Shown here in pieces: positions 1 through 9,677 of a DNA stretch of 37,869 bases. Under the pieces are notes generated by a model. It had not been told where the DNA came from, searched no databases, and was given only the letters and a program-made list of their open reading frames with translations. Each line of letters opens with the position of its first letter. Position 1 is the stretch's first letter. Made by a program: the position numbers and the translations under genes. The stretch comes from Nitrospirales bacterium (GTDB taxonomy: Bacteria; Nitrospirota; Nitrospiria; Nitrospirales; NS-4): NCBI GenBank assembly GCA_045403215.1, contig JAXIOW010000006.1, positions 1 through 37,869 of the forward strand, written 5' to 3'.

Positions 1-677
1 GTCTCATCCGACAGGCCGTGCAACACAACGGCAGACCAGCCCAGCGTCGCGGCGGCGATCCGGACCGTGCCGATCGCGTGCCCCGCGTCGTGCTGGCAGT
101 AGCGGAACGCGCGCTCGCCGTACTTCCATGCCTCCCGCCAGTGAATGGAGGAGAGTCCAACCAGGAAGGCCTGCGGCGGGAACGCGTGCAGCAACTCCAC
201 GAACAATTCGTCGGGGCAGTCCGCGCGTCGCTCCAGCCCGTGCTCCTTGGGCGCGTAGTGGAACAGACCCGGGGTGTCGGTTAAGCCGGTGACCGCACCG
301 ATCAGCAGATAGCCTTCGGTGGGGTGCAGGTTCCCGCTGGAGGGGTTGCTGCGCAGCGCCCAGCGTGCGCCGCCAGCCTGCTTCCAGGCGGACAGGGCGA
401 GCGCGTATTCAAAGAGGCGTGAGAGGGTGCGGATCGTGACAGGTGCGCTCGGCACGACGCCCGGGCGGTGCAGGTGCTCATACGGCGGTGGGAGCGGCTC
501 CTCGTCCGGGCTCAAGATTGGCAGGCGCACTAAGGGCGCGCCCTCGTACCGTCGGAACGGGTTCGGCTGGTTCGCCCAGTCCAGGTAGCCGAGCGCCCGG
601 GCGTAGCGGTTGAAGTGATGCTTGGTCTCCTCGTGGTACCGCATCACCAGTTCGAGTTGCTTGACGATCTCGTCCAT
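1..677 (-). CDS. SagB/ThcOx-family nitroreductase-like dehydrogenase, N-terminal part (runs off the window start)
   Basis: Hand translation from ATG 677: MDEIVKQLELVMRYHEETKHHFNRYARALGYLDWANQPNPFRRY...WALRSNPSSGNLHPTE...WREAWKYGERAFRYCQHDAGHA, which are typical motifs of this family. Absent from the ORF track because there is no stop in the window. Alternative in-frame ATGs at 698 and 644. Confidence 0.85.
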   Translation of the reverse strand, partial: MDEIVKQLELVMRYHEETKHHFNRYARALGYLDWANQPNPFRRYEGAPLVRLPILSPDEEPLPPPYEHLHRPGVVPSAPVTIRTLSRLFEYALALSAWKQAGGARWALRSNPSSGNLHPTEGYLLIGAVTGLTDTPGLFHYAPKEHGLERRADCPDELFVELLHAFPPQAFLVGLSSIHWREAWKYGERAFRYCQHDAGHAIGTVRIAAATLGWSAVVLHGLSDE

Positions 678-752
678 GATGGTCGTGGAGCTTACCATGA
701 ATCGGGTTTTGCTTGACTCGCTCCGGCAGGTGATGGTACGGACACGCCAGCC

Positions 753-1328
753 ATGGACAAGCTCGACCTCGCCAAGGCCATCCTCGAGACCGGCTCGTTT
801 CACTGGAAGACGGCGCCGCAGTTCACGCTGGCGTCCGGCCGCGTCAGCGAGTACTACGTCAACTGCAAGCATCTGCTCTCGCACCCGCAGTACCGGCGGA
901 TCCTCGCCAAGCTGATCGCCGACCATCTCAAGGGCTGGGATGTCCAGGCTGTGGGCGGGATGGAGATCGGCGCGATCCCGATCGCCACCGCGGTGTCCGA
1001 CTATGTGTACGACCGCACGGGCCACGAGCTGCGGACCTTTGTGGTCCGCAAGAAGCCCAAGGACCACGGGATGAAGCACACGGTGGAAGGCGCCTTCCAG
1101 CCGGGGGACCGTGTGCTGGTCGTGGACGACGTGCTCACCACCGGCCAGGCGACGATCGACGCCATCACGCAGGCGCGCGCCGCCGGCCTCGACGTGCGCC
1201 ACGCGCTCGTGCTCGTGGACCGGCAGGAGGACGGCGGCCGCCAGCGCGTGGAGGCCCTCGGCGTCCTCCTCACCAGCCTGCTCACCCTCCAGGACCTCAA
1301 AGCCCTCAAGGGCAAACCCGATCCGTAA
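753..1328 (+). CDS. pyrE: Orotate phosphoribosyltransferase
   Basis: [21 protein letters not shown] and the PRPP-binding motif [11 protein letters not shown]. Confidence 0.93.
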   Translation: MDKLDLAKAILETGSFHWKTAPQFTLASGRVSEYYVNCKHLLSHPQYRRILAKLIADHLKGWDVQAVGGMEIGAIPIATAVSDYVYDRTGHELRTFVVRKKPKDHGMKHTVEGAFQPGDRVLVVDDVLTTGQATIDAITQARAAGLDVRHALVLVDRQEDGGRQRVEALGVLLTSLLTLQDLKALKGKPDP

Positions 1329-1393
1329 CGCCTATCCCAGTTTCTTGCCCGCTCTTCGCCGGTGTGTTAGATTCGCTGCGGATATTCTCAAAT

Positions 1394-4000
1394 ATGGAGC
1401 GCACGTATAATCCCCAGCAGATTGAGGCGAAATGGCAGCGGGTGTGGGCTGAGCAGCAGACCTTCCGCGTGACCGAAGATTCCTCCCGTCCCAAATTCTA
1501 CTGCCTGGAGATGTTTCCCTATCCCTCCGGCCGCATTCACATGGGCCATGTCCGCAACTACGCCATCGGGGACGTGCTGGCCCGGTTCAAGACCATGCGG
1601 GGCTACAACGTGCTGCACCCGATGGGCTGGGACGCCTTCGGCCTGCCGGCGGAGAACGCGGCGATCGAGCAGGGCGTGCATCCCGCGCAGTGGACCACCG
1701 AGAACATCCGCTACATGCGGAACCAGTTGGAGCGCCTGGGCCTCTCCTATGACTGGAGCCGCGAAGTCACCACGAGCGAGCCGGACTACTACAAGTGGAA
1801 CCAGTGGCTGTTCCTCAAGTTCTTCGAGAAGGGTCTCGCGTACAAGAAGCGCTCCGCGGTGAACTGGTGCCCGAGCTGCGAGACCGTGCTGGCCAACGAG
1901 CAGGTGGAGGAAGGCCGCTGCTGGCGGTGCGAGAGCGTGGTGGTCCAGAAGGAGCTGGAGCAGTGGTTCTTCCGGATCACGGCCTACGCCGAGGAACTGC
2001 TGACCGGCTGCGACCGGCTCCCCGCCTGGCCGGCGCGCGTGCTGACCATGCAGCGGCACTGGATCGGCAGGAGCGTCGGCGTGGAGGTGGACTTTCCACT
2101 CGCCGAGCCGCTGCCCGATCTGCCGGCGATCCGGATCTTCACCACCCGCCAGGACACGATCTTCGGCGCGACCTTCATGAGCCTCGCGCCCGAGTCGCCG
2201 CTGGTCGAGCGGCTGATAGAAGGTCGCCCGGAGGCTAAGGCCGTGCGGAAGTTCGTCGTGCGGGTCTCCCGGCAGGACAAGGCGCTCCGGACCGCCGCCG
2301 ACCGGGAGAAGGAGGGCGTGTTCACCGGCGCCTGCGCCGTGAACCCCTTCACGCTGGAGCCGATTCCGATCTGGGTGGCGAACTTCGTCCTGTACGAGTA
2401 CGGAACCGGCGCGATCATGGCGGTGCCGGCGCACGACCAGCGCGACTTCGAGTTCGCGACGAAGTACGGCATCCCGGTCCGGCTGGTCATTCAGAACCCG
2501 GAGGGCACGCTCCGCGAGCCGTTGGCGGCGGCCTATGTGGAGCAGGCGGGCACGCTGGTCAACTGCGACCGGTTCTCGGGCCTCGCGGTGCCCGAAGGGA
2601 AGGAGCGCATCGCCGACTTCCTCGAGACCAGTGGCATGGGCGCCCGCATGATCAATTACCGGCTCCGCGACTGGGGCATCTCGCGCCAGCGCTACTGGGG
2701 CACGCCGATCCCGATCATCTACTGCCAGCAGTGTGGCACGGTGCCGGTCCCGGAAGCCGACCTGCCGGTGATGCTCCCCAAGGACGTGCCGTTCACCGGC
2801 AAGGGCGCCTCGCCGCTGGCCCAAGCGGAAGCATTCGTGAAGACCCAATGTCCGAAGTGCAAAGGCCCAGCCCGGCGCGAGACAGACACGATGGACACCT
2901 TCGTGGACTCGTCCTGGTACTTCCTCCGGTTCTGCTCGCCCCACGAAACGACGCGACCGGTGGATCCCGCGAAGGCAGATCGGTGGATGGCAGTGGACCA
3001 GTACATCGGCGGGATTGAGCATGCGGTCCTGCATCTGCTTTACGCCCGTTTCTTCACCAAGGCCGTGCGCGATCTGGAACTGGTGAAGGTGGACGAGCCG
3101 TTTACGAGCCTCCTGACGCAAGGCATGGTCTGCAAGGAGACATACCGCTGCGAAGAGCACGGCTGGCTGCTGCCGACGGAAGTCCACAAGGAGGGGTGGC
3201 GGTGCAGCCGGTGCGGCAAGCCGGTGGAGAGGGGCCGTGTCGAGAAGATGTCCAAGTCGAAGAAGAACATCGTGGACCCCGAGCATCTGATCGCCACGTA
3301 CGGCGCGGACACGGCGCGCCTCTTCTCCCTCTTTGCCGCGCCGCCGGAAAAGGACCTCGAGTGGAGCGACGAGGGCGTGGAAGGCGCCTATCGCTTCCTG
3401 GGCCGCGTCTGGCGGCTCGTTCACGAGTTGGCCCCAATGATCAGCCAGCCAGACTCGAAGGGGGCAGCGCCCGCGGCTTCCAAGCGGGCACAGGACCTCC
3501 GGCGTCTCACGCACCGGACGATCAAGAAGGTGACGGATGACATCGAGCGTGAGTTTCAGTTCAACACAGCAATTGCCGCCCTGATGGAGTTCGTGAACGG
3601 CTTGTACAAGTTTGCGGCCGAAGCCAAAGGCGCGGCCCAGCCGGGCCAGGTGGCCGCGCTGGGGGAGGCGGTCGACGCCTTGCTGCTGCTGGTCACGCCA
3701 TTCGCGCCCCACATCGCGGAAGAGCTCTGGGCGGCGACCGGCCACGCGAAAAGTCTCGCGTGGCAACACTGGCCCACGTACGATGAAGCGTTCATCAAAG
3801 CCGAGGTCCTCACGATTCCGGTACAGGTGAACGGTAAGCTCCGCAGCAAGGTGACCGTCCCCGCCGACTGGGGCGAGGGACAGATCGTCGATACCGCCAA
3901 GGCCGATGCGAAGGTCGGAGAGTGGATCAAGGGCAAGACGATCAAGAACGTCGTGTATGTCGAGAAGCGGCTCGTGAACATCGTGGTGGGGGACGCGTGA
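1394..4000 (+). CDS. leuS: Leucine--tRNA ligase
   Basis: MFPYPSG, HMGH (HIGH-like), editing-domain [11 protein letters not shown] and KMSKS motifs. ATG at 1394 (MERTYNP). Confidence 0.98.
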   Translation: MERTYNPQQIEAKWQRVWAEQQTFRVTEDSSRPKFYCLEMFPYPSGRIHMGHVRNYAIGDVLARFKTMRGYNVLHPMGWDAFGLPAENAAIEQGVHPAQWTTENIRYMRNQLERLGLSYDWSREVTTSEPDYYKWNQWLFLKFFEKGLAYKKRSAVNWCPSCETVLANEQVEEGRCWRCESVVVQKELEQWFFRITAYAEELLTGCDRLPAWPARVLTMQRHWIGRSVGVEVDFPLAEPLPDLPAIRIFTTRQDTIFGATFMSLAPESPLVERLIEGRPEAKAVRKFVVRVSRQDKALRTAADREKEGVFTGACAVNPFTLEPIPIWVANFVLYEYGTGAIMAVPAHDQRDFEFATKYGIPVRLVIQNPEGTLREPLAAAYVEQAGTLVNCDRFSGLAVPEGKERIADFLETSGMGARMINYRLRDWGISRQRYWGTPIPIIYCQQCGTVPVPEADLPVMLPKDVPFTGKGASPLAQAEAFVKTQCPKCKGPARRETDTMDTFVDSSWYFLRFCSPHETTRPVDPAKADRWMAVDQYIGGIEHAVLHLLYARFFTKAVRDLELVKVDEPFTSLLTQGMVCKETYRCEEHGWLLPTEVHKEGWRCSRCGKPVERGRVEKMSKSKKNIVDPEHLIATYGADTARLFSLFAAPPEKDLEWSDEGVEGAYRFLGRVWRLVHELAPMISQPDSKGAAPAASKRAQDLRRLTHRTIKKVTDDIEREFQFNTAIAALMEFVNGLYKFAAEAKGAAQPGQVAALGEAVDALLLLVTPFAPHIAEELWAATGHAKSLAWQHWPTYDEAFIKAEVLTIPVQVNGKLRSKVTVPADWGEGQIVDTAKADAKVGEWIKGKTIKNVVYVEKRLVNIVVGDA

Positions 4001-4521
4001 TCCGCAACGCGAAGCGCTTGGTGCTCGCCCTCGCCGTCGTCCTGGTTGTGACCGGCTGCGGGTACGAGTTTGGCACGACCGTCAAGCCCGGCGCCGCGCG
4101 GGGCCTGCACCTGGCGGTGCCGGTCTTTCACAACGACACCTTCGAGCCGATCCTGGATAAGCGTGTGACGGAGTTCGTCCGCCGGCAGTTCCTGCAGGCC
4201 GATGGCCTGACCCTGGTCAATGACGTCGGCGCCGCACCGTTCGTGCTCAAGGGGCGCATCCGGAGCTACGGGCTCCAGACCCTCTCGTTCCGGCAAGGGT
4301 TCGTCAACGAGCAGCGCGTCAATCTCGCCGTGGAGGTGACTTTCGTGGAGGCGGCCGGCCGCAAAGAGCTCTGGCGGGAGACCTACACGACATCGGCCGA
4401 ATTCTTCCAGACCACGGAGCTCGCCACGAACCGCGCGAGGCAGGACCGGGCGACCGAAGAGGCCTGCCAGGCGATGGCGGAGCACATCGTGTCGCGGGTC
4501 CTGGAGACCTACCAGAGATGA
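3997..4521 (+). CDS. lptE: LPS assembly lipoprotein LptE family
   Basis: GTG start overlapping the leuS stop (GTGA), lipobox [15 protein letters not shown] motif, and the conserved leuS-lptE-holA order. Confidence 0.8.
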   Translation: MIRNAKRLVLALAVVLVVTGCGYEFGTTVKPGAARGLHLAVPVFHNDTFEPILDKRVTEFVRRQFLQADGLTLVNDVGAAPFVLKGRIRSYGLQTLSFRQGFVNEQRVNLAVEVTFVEAAGRKELWRETYTTSAEFFQTTELATNRARQDRATEEACQAMAEHIVSRVLETYQR

Positions 4522-5585
4522 AATCCAAGCGCGAAGGCATCGGCCTCCACGAGCTGAAGCGACAGCTGGCTACGGGAGCCATCGCTTCCGTTTATTTCGT
4601 CGTCGGGGAAGAAGCCGTCCTCCGGGACGACGCAATGGCGGCGATCCGGGCCACGGTCCTCGGGTCCGATGACGCCAACATCGGGGTGTTCAACTCCGAT
4701 GCGGTGTACGGGGATGAGACCGACGCGGCGGAGATCCTGACCCTCTGCGCGAACCTCCCCATGTTTGCCACGCGTCGCCTGGTGGTGGTCAAGGAAGTCG
4801 GCGCCCTCAGTACCCGCGAGTCCGAGCGGTTGCTGCCCTACCTGAACTCGCCGGTGGAGACCACCTGCCTGGTGCTGACCGGTGGGAAAGTGGACGGCCG
4901 CGTGAAATTTTTCCAGGCGCTCAAGCAGGCGGCCGTGATCGTGGACTGCGCGCCGCTCGATGCGCGGGCGCTGCCGGCCTGGGTGCAGGACCGGGCCGGC
5001 GCGCTGGGGCTCCGTCTCGACGAGGCGGCGCGGGTCTTGCTGATCGAGGCCAGCGGCGGCGACCTCGGCGTGTTGTGCCGTGAGATGGAGAAGCTGGCCG
5101 CCTACGTGGCGCCCAACCCGCGCGTGACGGCGGCGGATGTCGAGGCCGTGCGCGGAGCGGACGCCGGAGGCACGGTCTGGGACTTCCTCGACGCGCTGGG
5201 CCGCAAGGATGAGGCCGGCGCGCTCCGGGCCCTGGCGCAGGTGCTCACGGCGGGCGAGCCGCCGCTGCGTCTCCTCGGGTTGCTGGCGTCGCACTGGCGG
5301 CAGATCTGGAAGGCGCGCGAGCAACTTGCCCGCCGTGTGCCCGAGATGGGACTGGCGCGTGCCCTGGGCATTCCCCCGTTCCGTGTCCGCGGCCTGGTCG
5401 AACAGGCGCGCGCCTATTCGGAGGGCGAGCTGGGACGGTGCTTCAACCGGTTCCGGGAGGCTGATTCGCGCCTGAAGGGCGGCGGAGGGAAGAGCGAGAA
5501 ACGCGTGCTGGAGTCGCTGGTCCTGGCGTTCTGCCGGGGCGCCGGGCGTGCTACGCCGTCACGCCCTTTCGCATCTGCGCGGTGA
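4518..5585 (+). CDS. holA: DNA polymerase III delta subunit
   Basis: YFVVGEE, LPMFATRRLVVV, EMEKL and ADSRLKGG motifs. ATGA overlap with lptE. Confidence 0.92.
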   Translation: MKSKREGIGLHELKRQLATGAIASVYFVVGEEAVLRDDAMAAIRATVLGSDDANIGVFNSDAVYGDETDAAEILTLCANLPMFATRRLVVVKEVGALSTRESERLLPYLNSPVETTCLVLTGGKVDGRVKFFQALKQAAVIVDCAPLDARALPAWVQDRAGALGLRLDEAARVLLIEASGGDLGVLCREMEKLAAYVAPNPRVTAADVEAVRGADAGGTVWDFLDALGRKDEAGALRALAQVLTAGEPPLRLLGLLASHWRQIWKAREQLARRVPEMGLARALGIPPFRVRGLVEQARAYSEGELGRCFNRFREADSRLKGGGGKSEKRVLESLVLAFCRGAGRATPSRPFASAR

Positions 5586-5823
5586 GACGGGACAGTTTGC
5601 GGGAGGCGGCGTTGCGATGGATGACGCCCTTGGACGCGGCGCGCTGCAAGGCCCGCGAGGCTTCGCGGAGCAGTGCCGTCGCGTGGTCGGCCTGTTTCTG
5701 CTGGACAGCGGCCTGCAGCTTCTTGATCACGCCCTTGACGCCGGACAGCACCGCACGGTTCCGGGCCCGCCGTTTCAGGGCCTGGCGGGCGGCCTTCAGG
5801 ACATTCTTATGGACAACCGGCAT
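5551..5823 (-). CDS. rpsT: 30S ribosomal protein S20
   Basis: Basic 90-aa protein with KGVIHRNAASRKLSRL. GGGAG SD upstream. Convergent with holA. Confidence 0.95.
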   Translation of the reverse strand: MPVVHKNVLKAARQALKRRARNRAVLSGVKGVIKKLQAAVQQKQADHATALLREASRALQRAASKGVIHRNAASRKLSRLTAQMRKGVTA

Positions 5824-5896
5824 GACAACGCTCCCCTCTTGGTGAGACAGGGCATGAGTGCTACCACGGCGTTTGCTCCGAAGTCAAGGAACGCTC

Positions 5897-6607
5897 ATGG
5901 CGATTGAGCCTCGCGAGCGGTTGATCCTCGCGCTGGACGTTCCGTCGGCCGATGAGGCCAAGCGCCTGCTCGGCCGCGTGAGGGACTCGGTGGCGTTCGT
6001 GAAGATCGGCCTGGAGCTCTTCATGGCGGCCGGGCCCGACATCGTGCGCTGGGCCCTCGCGCAACGCAAGCGGGTCTTCCTCGACCTCAAACTGCTCGAC
6101 ATTGGAGAAACGGTGAAGCGAGCCACAGCAGCGGCCGCCGAGCTCGGCGTGACGTTTCTCACCGTCCACGCCACCGGCCAGACCGTACGGGCTGCCGTCG
6201 AGGGCCGCGGCCGGAGCGCCATGAAGATCCTGGCCGTGACGGTGCTGACGAGCTTTGATGAAGCGGACCTGCTGGAGATGGGCATCGTGGAATCCGTCCA
6301 TGACACAGTCCAGAAGAGGGCGCGCTTGGCTATCTCGTTGGGCGCCGACGGCGTCGTGGCCCCCGGCGTCGAGGCGGCGATGATCCGGAGGGAACTGGGC
6401 AAAGATCCGATCGTCGTGATCCCCGGGATCCGCCCCGCCGGCGCCTCGCATGGCGACCAGGTCCACGTCACGACGCCGGCCGATGCCATCGCCGCCGGCG
6501 GAGACTACCTCGTCGTTGGGCGGCCCATTCGCGATGCCGCAGACCCGGCTGAAGCCGCCCGGGCCATTCAGTCTGAAATCGAAGTCGCCTTGGCGCACAG
6601 AGGGTAG
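5897..6607 (+). CDS. pyrF: Orotidine-5'-phosphate decarboxylase
   Basis: LILALD, FVKIG, DLKLLDIGETV, VTVLTS, PGIRP and VVGRPI motifs. AAGGA SD before ATG 5897. Confidence 0.95.
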   Translation: MAIEPRERLILALDVPSADEAKRLLGRVRDSVAFVKIGLELFMAAGPDIVRWALAQRKRVFLDLKLLDIGETVKRATAAAAELGVTFLTVHATGQTVRAAVEGRGRSAMKILAVTVLTSFDEADLLEMGIVESVHDTVQKRARLAISLGADGVVAPGVEAAMIRRELGKDPIVVIPGIRPAGASHGDQVHVTTPADAIAAGGDYLVVGRPIRDAADPAEAARAIQSEIEVALAHRG

Positions 6608-6608
6608 G

Positions 6609-6638
6609 TTGCGGGGCGCCCATCGCGTTTGCTAGGAT
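6609..6638 (+). promoter_or_regulatory. Putative sigma70 promoter of tRNA-His
   Basis: TTGCGG-18 nt-TAGGAT with an extended -10 TG. Confidence 0.5.
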
Positions 6639-6681
6639 TCACCAGTTTCCCACGTTCATCGGCAACGACTCTCCTCTTGGT

Positions 6682-6759
6682 GGTGGGTATAGCTCAGCTG
6701 GTTAGAGCGCCGGATTGTGGATCCGGAGGTCGGGGGTTCGAAACCCCTTACCCACCCCA
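6682..6759 (+). tRNA. tRNA-His (GTG)
   Basis: Acceptor stem GTGGGTA/TACCCAC, anticodon arm CCGGA-TT-GTG-GA-TCCGG, T-loop GTTCGAA, encoded G-1 opposite discriminator C, and encoded CCA. Confidence 0.97.
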
Positions 6760-6767
6760 TTCAGCTG

Positions 6768-8399
6768 TCAGCGCGCGCTTGCCTGCGTGACGTACTCTCG
6801 GGCCTCCCGCAGCTCCGGCAAGTCAGGGTCGGCCTGCGCCCAGACCTCTAACAGAGTCGAATAGGCGGTCACCGCGCCTGGCCGATCACTGCTCTGCGCC
6901 GCGGCGCGGGCTGCCCCGAGCAGGGACCGGGCGCGCTTGGGGTGCCGCGCGAGGGACGTCGCGAATTGCTGGGCCGCCTCCTTGGGTTGCCGTGCGCGCA
7001 GGAGAATCTCGCCGAACAGCTCGTGCGAGGGCTTGATCATCTCGGGGGGCCCGGAGGGCGGCGGCAGCTGTTCCTCCAGGTCCACCGCGTTCTTCATCAA
7101 CGCGAAGGCCTTCTCATACGCGCCCTTCGACGCACGGGCGACGGCCGCCACCTGCAACTCGCGGACCTCGTACGGCTTCGCGCGACGCGACTGGTCCGTG
7201 TCCTTGGCCTCCTTGCGGAGGGTCTGTAGATCAGCAAGAAGCGTGTCGGTCTCGGACATCCCTTTCTGGGCCGCGGCCAAGCCGCGAGCGTACAGGGGGA
7301 GGGCTCGGGCTTTCCCGTCGTCCTTCGACCTGGACGTATCAAAAAGCCGCGCCGTTTCCCACCGCTCCGTTTCCACGACATAGGTCGCGACCATCTCATC
7401 GAAGTAGCGCCCCACTTCGCCTTTATGACCGAAGGGCTTCCCCTGCGAGTCATGGCCGCTCGCTTCCGCCATGTCCTTTTGCTTGAGCGCGAGCAGATCT
7501 TCGGCCTTTTTGTAGCGGCCTTGCTGCAGGTACACGTACTGGAGCCAATACAGGCTGTGGTAATCTCGATGGCTGAGAGGCAGGCCCTGGCGTTTCACCC
7601 AGGCCACGGAGGCCGCCCACCCGGCTTCGTTCGACGATGCCGCCTCCGGCCACATCCCTAGCTGGAGGAAGATGTGCGCGGGCATGTGCAGGGCGTGGTG
7701 GGATTCGGGTGCGATCTTGGCATACTGCCGCGCGGCCGGTAATGCCAGGATCGCGTGGTCCGGGTCGTCGAACGCGTGAATGGCATAGTGCGCGGCGCAG
7801 GGATGATCGGGGTTCTTGTTGAATACGTCGAGCGTGATCGCGCCCGCCTGGATCCTGGTGTGTATCCGGCTGTCCGACTGGCTAGCGACGGCCAGCAGCG
7901 AGAGCGCGTAGAAGCACGCCGCTTCCAGGTCCTCGGGATAGTCACGGTAGATCTTCACCATGGCGGCGGAGTAGGCCTTGTCCCGGGCCGCCTTGTCGCC
8001 TTCGCCGTACAGAATTTTCACCGAGTCCAGGTACGCACGCTCCCTCGGCGTCAGCTTGGCGCTGTCCTTGATCTTGGCGATCACCAGTCGGGCGGCCTCC
8101 GTGTCCTGCTCCTTCCAGATCGGATGGTTGTACGCCATGGCCTCGCCCCAGTAGCCCATCATGAAGTCCGGGTCGGTTTTCGTGGCGGCGCGGAACGCCT
8201 CCAACGCTTCCTCGTACCAGAACGAATGCAGAGCGGCGACGCCCCGGAGGAAGTGGCTTTGCGCATGGTCCGAGCCGGAGGTGGGGAACTCGACCTTGCC
8301 CAGTTGGGACTCTTGGATACCGGCGCCCGCGCCGTACGCCATGGGGGCGACCGCGATCAGCAGGAGGCATGCAATGAGGCTGGAAATCCTGCGCTGCAT
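6768..8399 (-). CDS. Exported TPR-repeat protein with His-rich motifs
   Basis: Signal peptide from ATG 8399 (MQRRISSLIACLLLIAVAPMAYG), TPR-like helices (FLRGVAALHSFWYEEALEAF, DPDFMMGYWGEAMA), and HYAIHAFD / HALHMPAHIF motifs. Confidence 0.8.
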   Translation of the reverse strand: MQRRISSLIACLLLIAVAPMAYGAGAGIQESQLGKVEFPTSGSDHAQSHFLRGVAALHSFWYEEALEAFRAATKTDPDFMMGYWGEAMAYNHPIWKEQDTEAARLVIAKIKDSAKLTPRERAYLDSVKILYGEGDKAARDKAYSAAMVKIYRDYPEDLEAACFYALSLLAVASQSDSRIHTRIQAGAITLDVFNKNPDHPCAAHYAIHAFDDPDHAILALPAARQYAKIAPESHHALHMPAHIFLQLGMWPEAASSNEAGWAASVAWVKRQGLPLSHRDYHSLYWLQYVYLQQGRYKKAEDLLALKQKDMAEASGHDSQGKPFGHKGEVGRYFDEMVATYVVETERWETARLFDTSRSKDDGKARALPLYARGLAAAQKGMSETDTLLADLQTLRKEAKDTDQSRRAKPYEVRELQVAAVARASKGAYEKAFALMKNAVDLEEQLPPPSGPPEMIKPSHELFGEILLRARQPKEAAQQFATSLARHPKRARSLLGAARAAAQSSDRPGAVTAYSTLLEVWAQADPDLPELREAREYVTQASAR

Positions 8400-8514
8400 G
8401 AACTCAGAGATAACACAGGCGCGGGATGAACGGCAACGCAACCGGCTGGATGCGGCGCGCCGCTCAGTGCTAGGATGGCGCATCCTGCGGCAACAGGCCT
8501 GAACGGCTAGACAC

Positions 8515-8703
8515 ATGACGAGCGATGACGCGAGAGAGCGGATTCAATCGGCAATCATACAGTTCGGCGACCAGGCTGCGCCCATGATTGATCTCGTGAT
8601 CGGGGAAGTTCGATCGGCGCTCGGACATGAGACCGCCAATGCGCTCATCGACGAGTTCGACCTGGAGCTGCGCTACGGCGTCGCGCCAACAGAGTTCGAG
8701 TAG
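8515..8703 (+). CDS. Small acidic hypothetical protein (62 aa)
   Basis: Clean ATG ORF with protein-like composition. Its stop overlaps the next start (TAGTG). Confidence 0.6.
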   Translation: MTSDDARERIQSAIIQFGDQAAPMIDLVIGEVRSALGHETANALIDEFDLELRYGVAPTEFE

Positions 8704-9011
8704 TGCCAGGTGGGCCTGCTTCAGAGCTGACCGTGAGGCAGCAGATCGTGCAGGCGATTACCGGCACGCGGCGTTCCGCCCGAGACCTCGCGCACAGCCT
8801 GGGCATTCCCGAACGACAGGTTGAAGAACATCTCGCGCACATCGTCAAATCGGTGGCCGGAGCTCGACAGGGCCGGTTTCGTCTTGAGCCGTCCACCTGT
8901 CAGGATTGTGGTTACGTCTTTCGCGGGCGCACCCGCCTGACCAGGCCCAGCCGGTGCCCGCAATGCCGGAGCGAAGCGATCCTCGAGCCGCGGTTCGGCA
9001 TAGACCCCTAG
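8703..9011 (+). CDS. HTH plus Zn-ribbon putative transcriptional regulator (COG3357-like)
   Basis: TVRQQI...SARDLAHSLGIPERQVEEHLAHI HTH, followed by CQDCG...PSRCPQCRSE. Confidence 0.8.
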   Translation: MPGGPASELTVRQQIVQAITGTRRSARDLAHSLGIPERQVEEHLAHIVKSVAGARQGRFRLEPSTCQDCGYVFRGRTRLTRPSRCPQCRSEAILEPRFGIDP

Positions 9012-9061
9012 TCCTCATTCGTATATGATTGACCTGCTCGGACGTTCACGGAGGGACCCGC

Positions 9062-9643
9062 ATGCGAAAGGCGGCGCGATCCAATTCACGTGGGAATGTG
9101 AAAGCCGCGCGACTATCACATCGGGAGGGGGCCCCGCGGACGCCCCTCCCGCACCCACTGGTCGGCGTGATCATGGGCTCCAAATCCGACTGGGAGACGA
9201 TGGCCAACACCACCGGGACCCTGGAGAAGCTGGGCATTCCGTTCGAGGTGCGCGTGGTCTCGGCCCACCGCACGCCGGACCAGCTCTTCGAGTATGCCGA
9301 ATCGGCCGAGCGGCGAGGGCTGGAAGTGATCATCGCCGGGGCAGGCGGCGCGGCTCACCTCCCGGGCGTGACGGCGGCGAAGACAACCCTGCCCGTGCTC
9401 GGCGTGCCGGTGGAGTCCAAGGCGCTGAAAGGGTTGGATTCCTTGCTCTCGATGGTGCAGATGCCGGCCGGGATCCCCGTGGGGACGCTGGCGGTCGGGA
9501 GGTCCGGAGCGGTGAACGCCGCGCTCCTGGCGGCGGCGATCCTGGCGAATAAATATCCTAAGGTCCGCGAGGCGCTGTCCCGCTATCGCAAGGCCCAGGC
9601 GGAAGCGGTGCTGGCCCGTCCCGATCCGCGAGAGGCCGTCTGA
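9062..9643 (+). CDS. purE: N5-carboxyaminoimidazole ribonucleotide mutase (class I PurE)
   Basis: [22 protein letters not shown] and VQMPAGIPV motifs. GGAGG SD before ATG 9062. Confidence 0.95.
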   Translation: MRKAARSNSRGNVKAARLSHREGAPRTPLPHPLVGVIMGSKSDWETMANTTGTLEKLGIPFEVRVVSAHRTPDQLFEYAESAERRGLEVIIAGAGGAAHLPGVTAAKTTLPVLGVPVESKALKGLDSLLSMVQMPAGIPVGTLAVGRSGAVNAALLAAAILANKYPKVREALSRYRKAQAEAVLARPDPREAV

Positions 9644-9677
9644 TCGTTGCCGTGCGCGGCTCGCGCAGGGACCATCA

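Noticed and set aside
1388-3769. Very long antisense ORFs (793 aa opposite leuS; also 12193-13695, 29263-30642, 25739-26743, 26820-27929)
   Set aside because: Shadow frames of high-GC genes. The products are Arg/Leu/His-rich with no motifs, and the opposite strand has clear family matches.
6682-8399. Prophage or island integration at tRNA-His or tRNA-Leu
   Set aside because: No integrase, no att duplication and no obvious composition shift.
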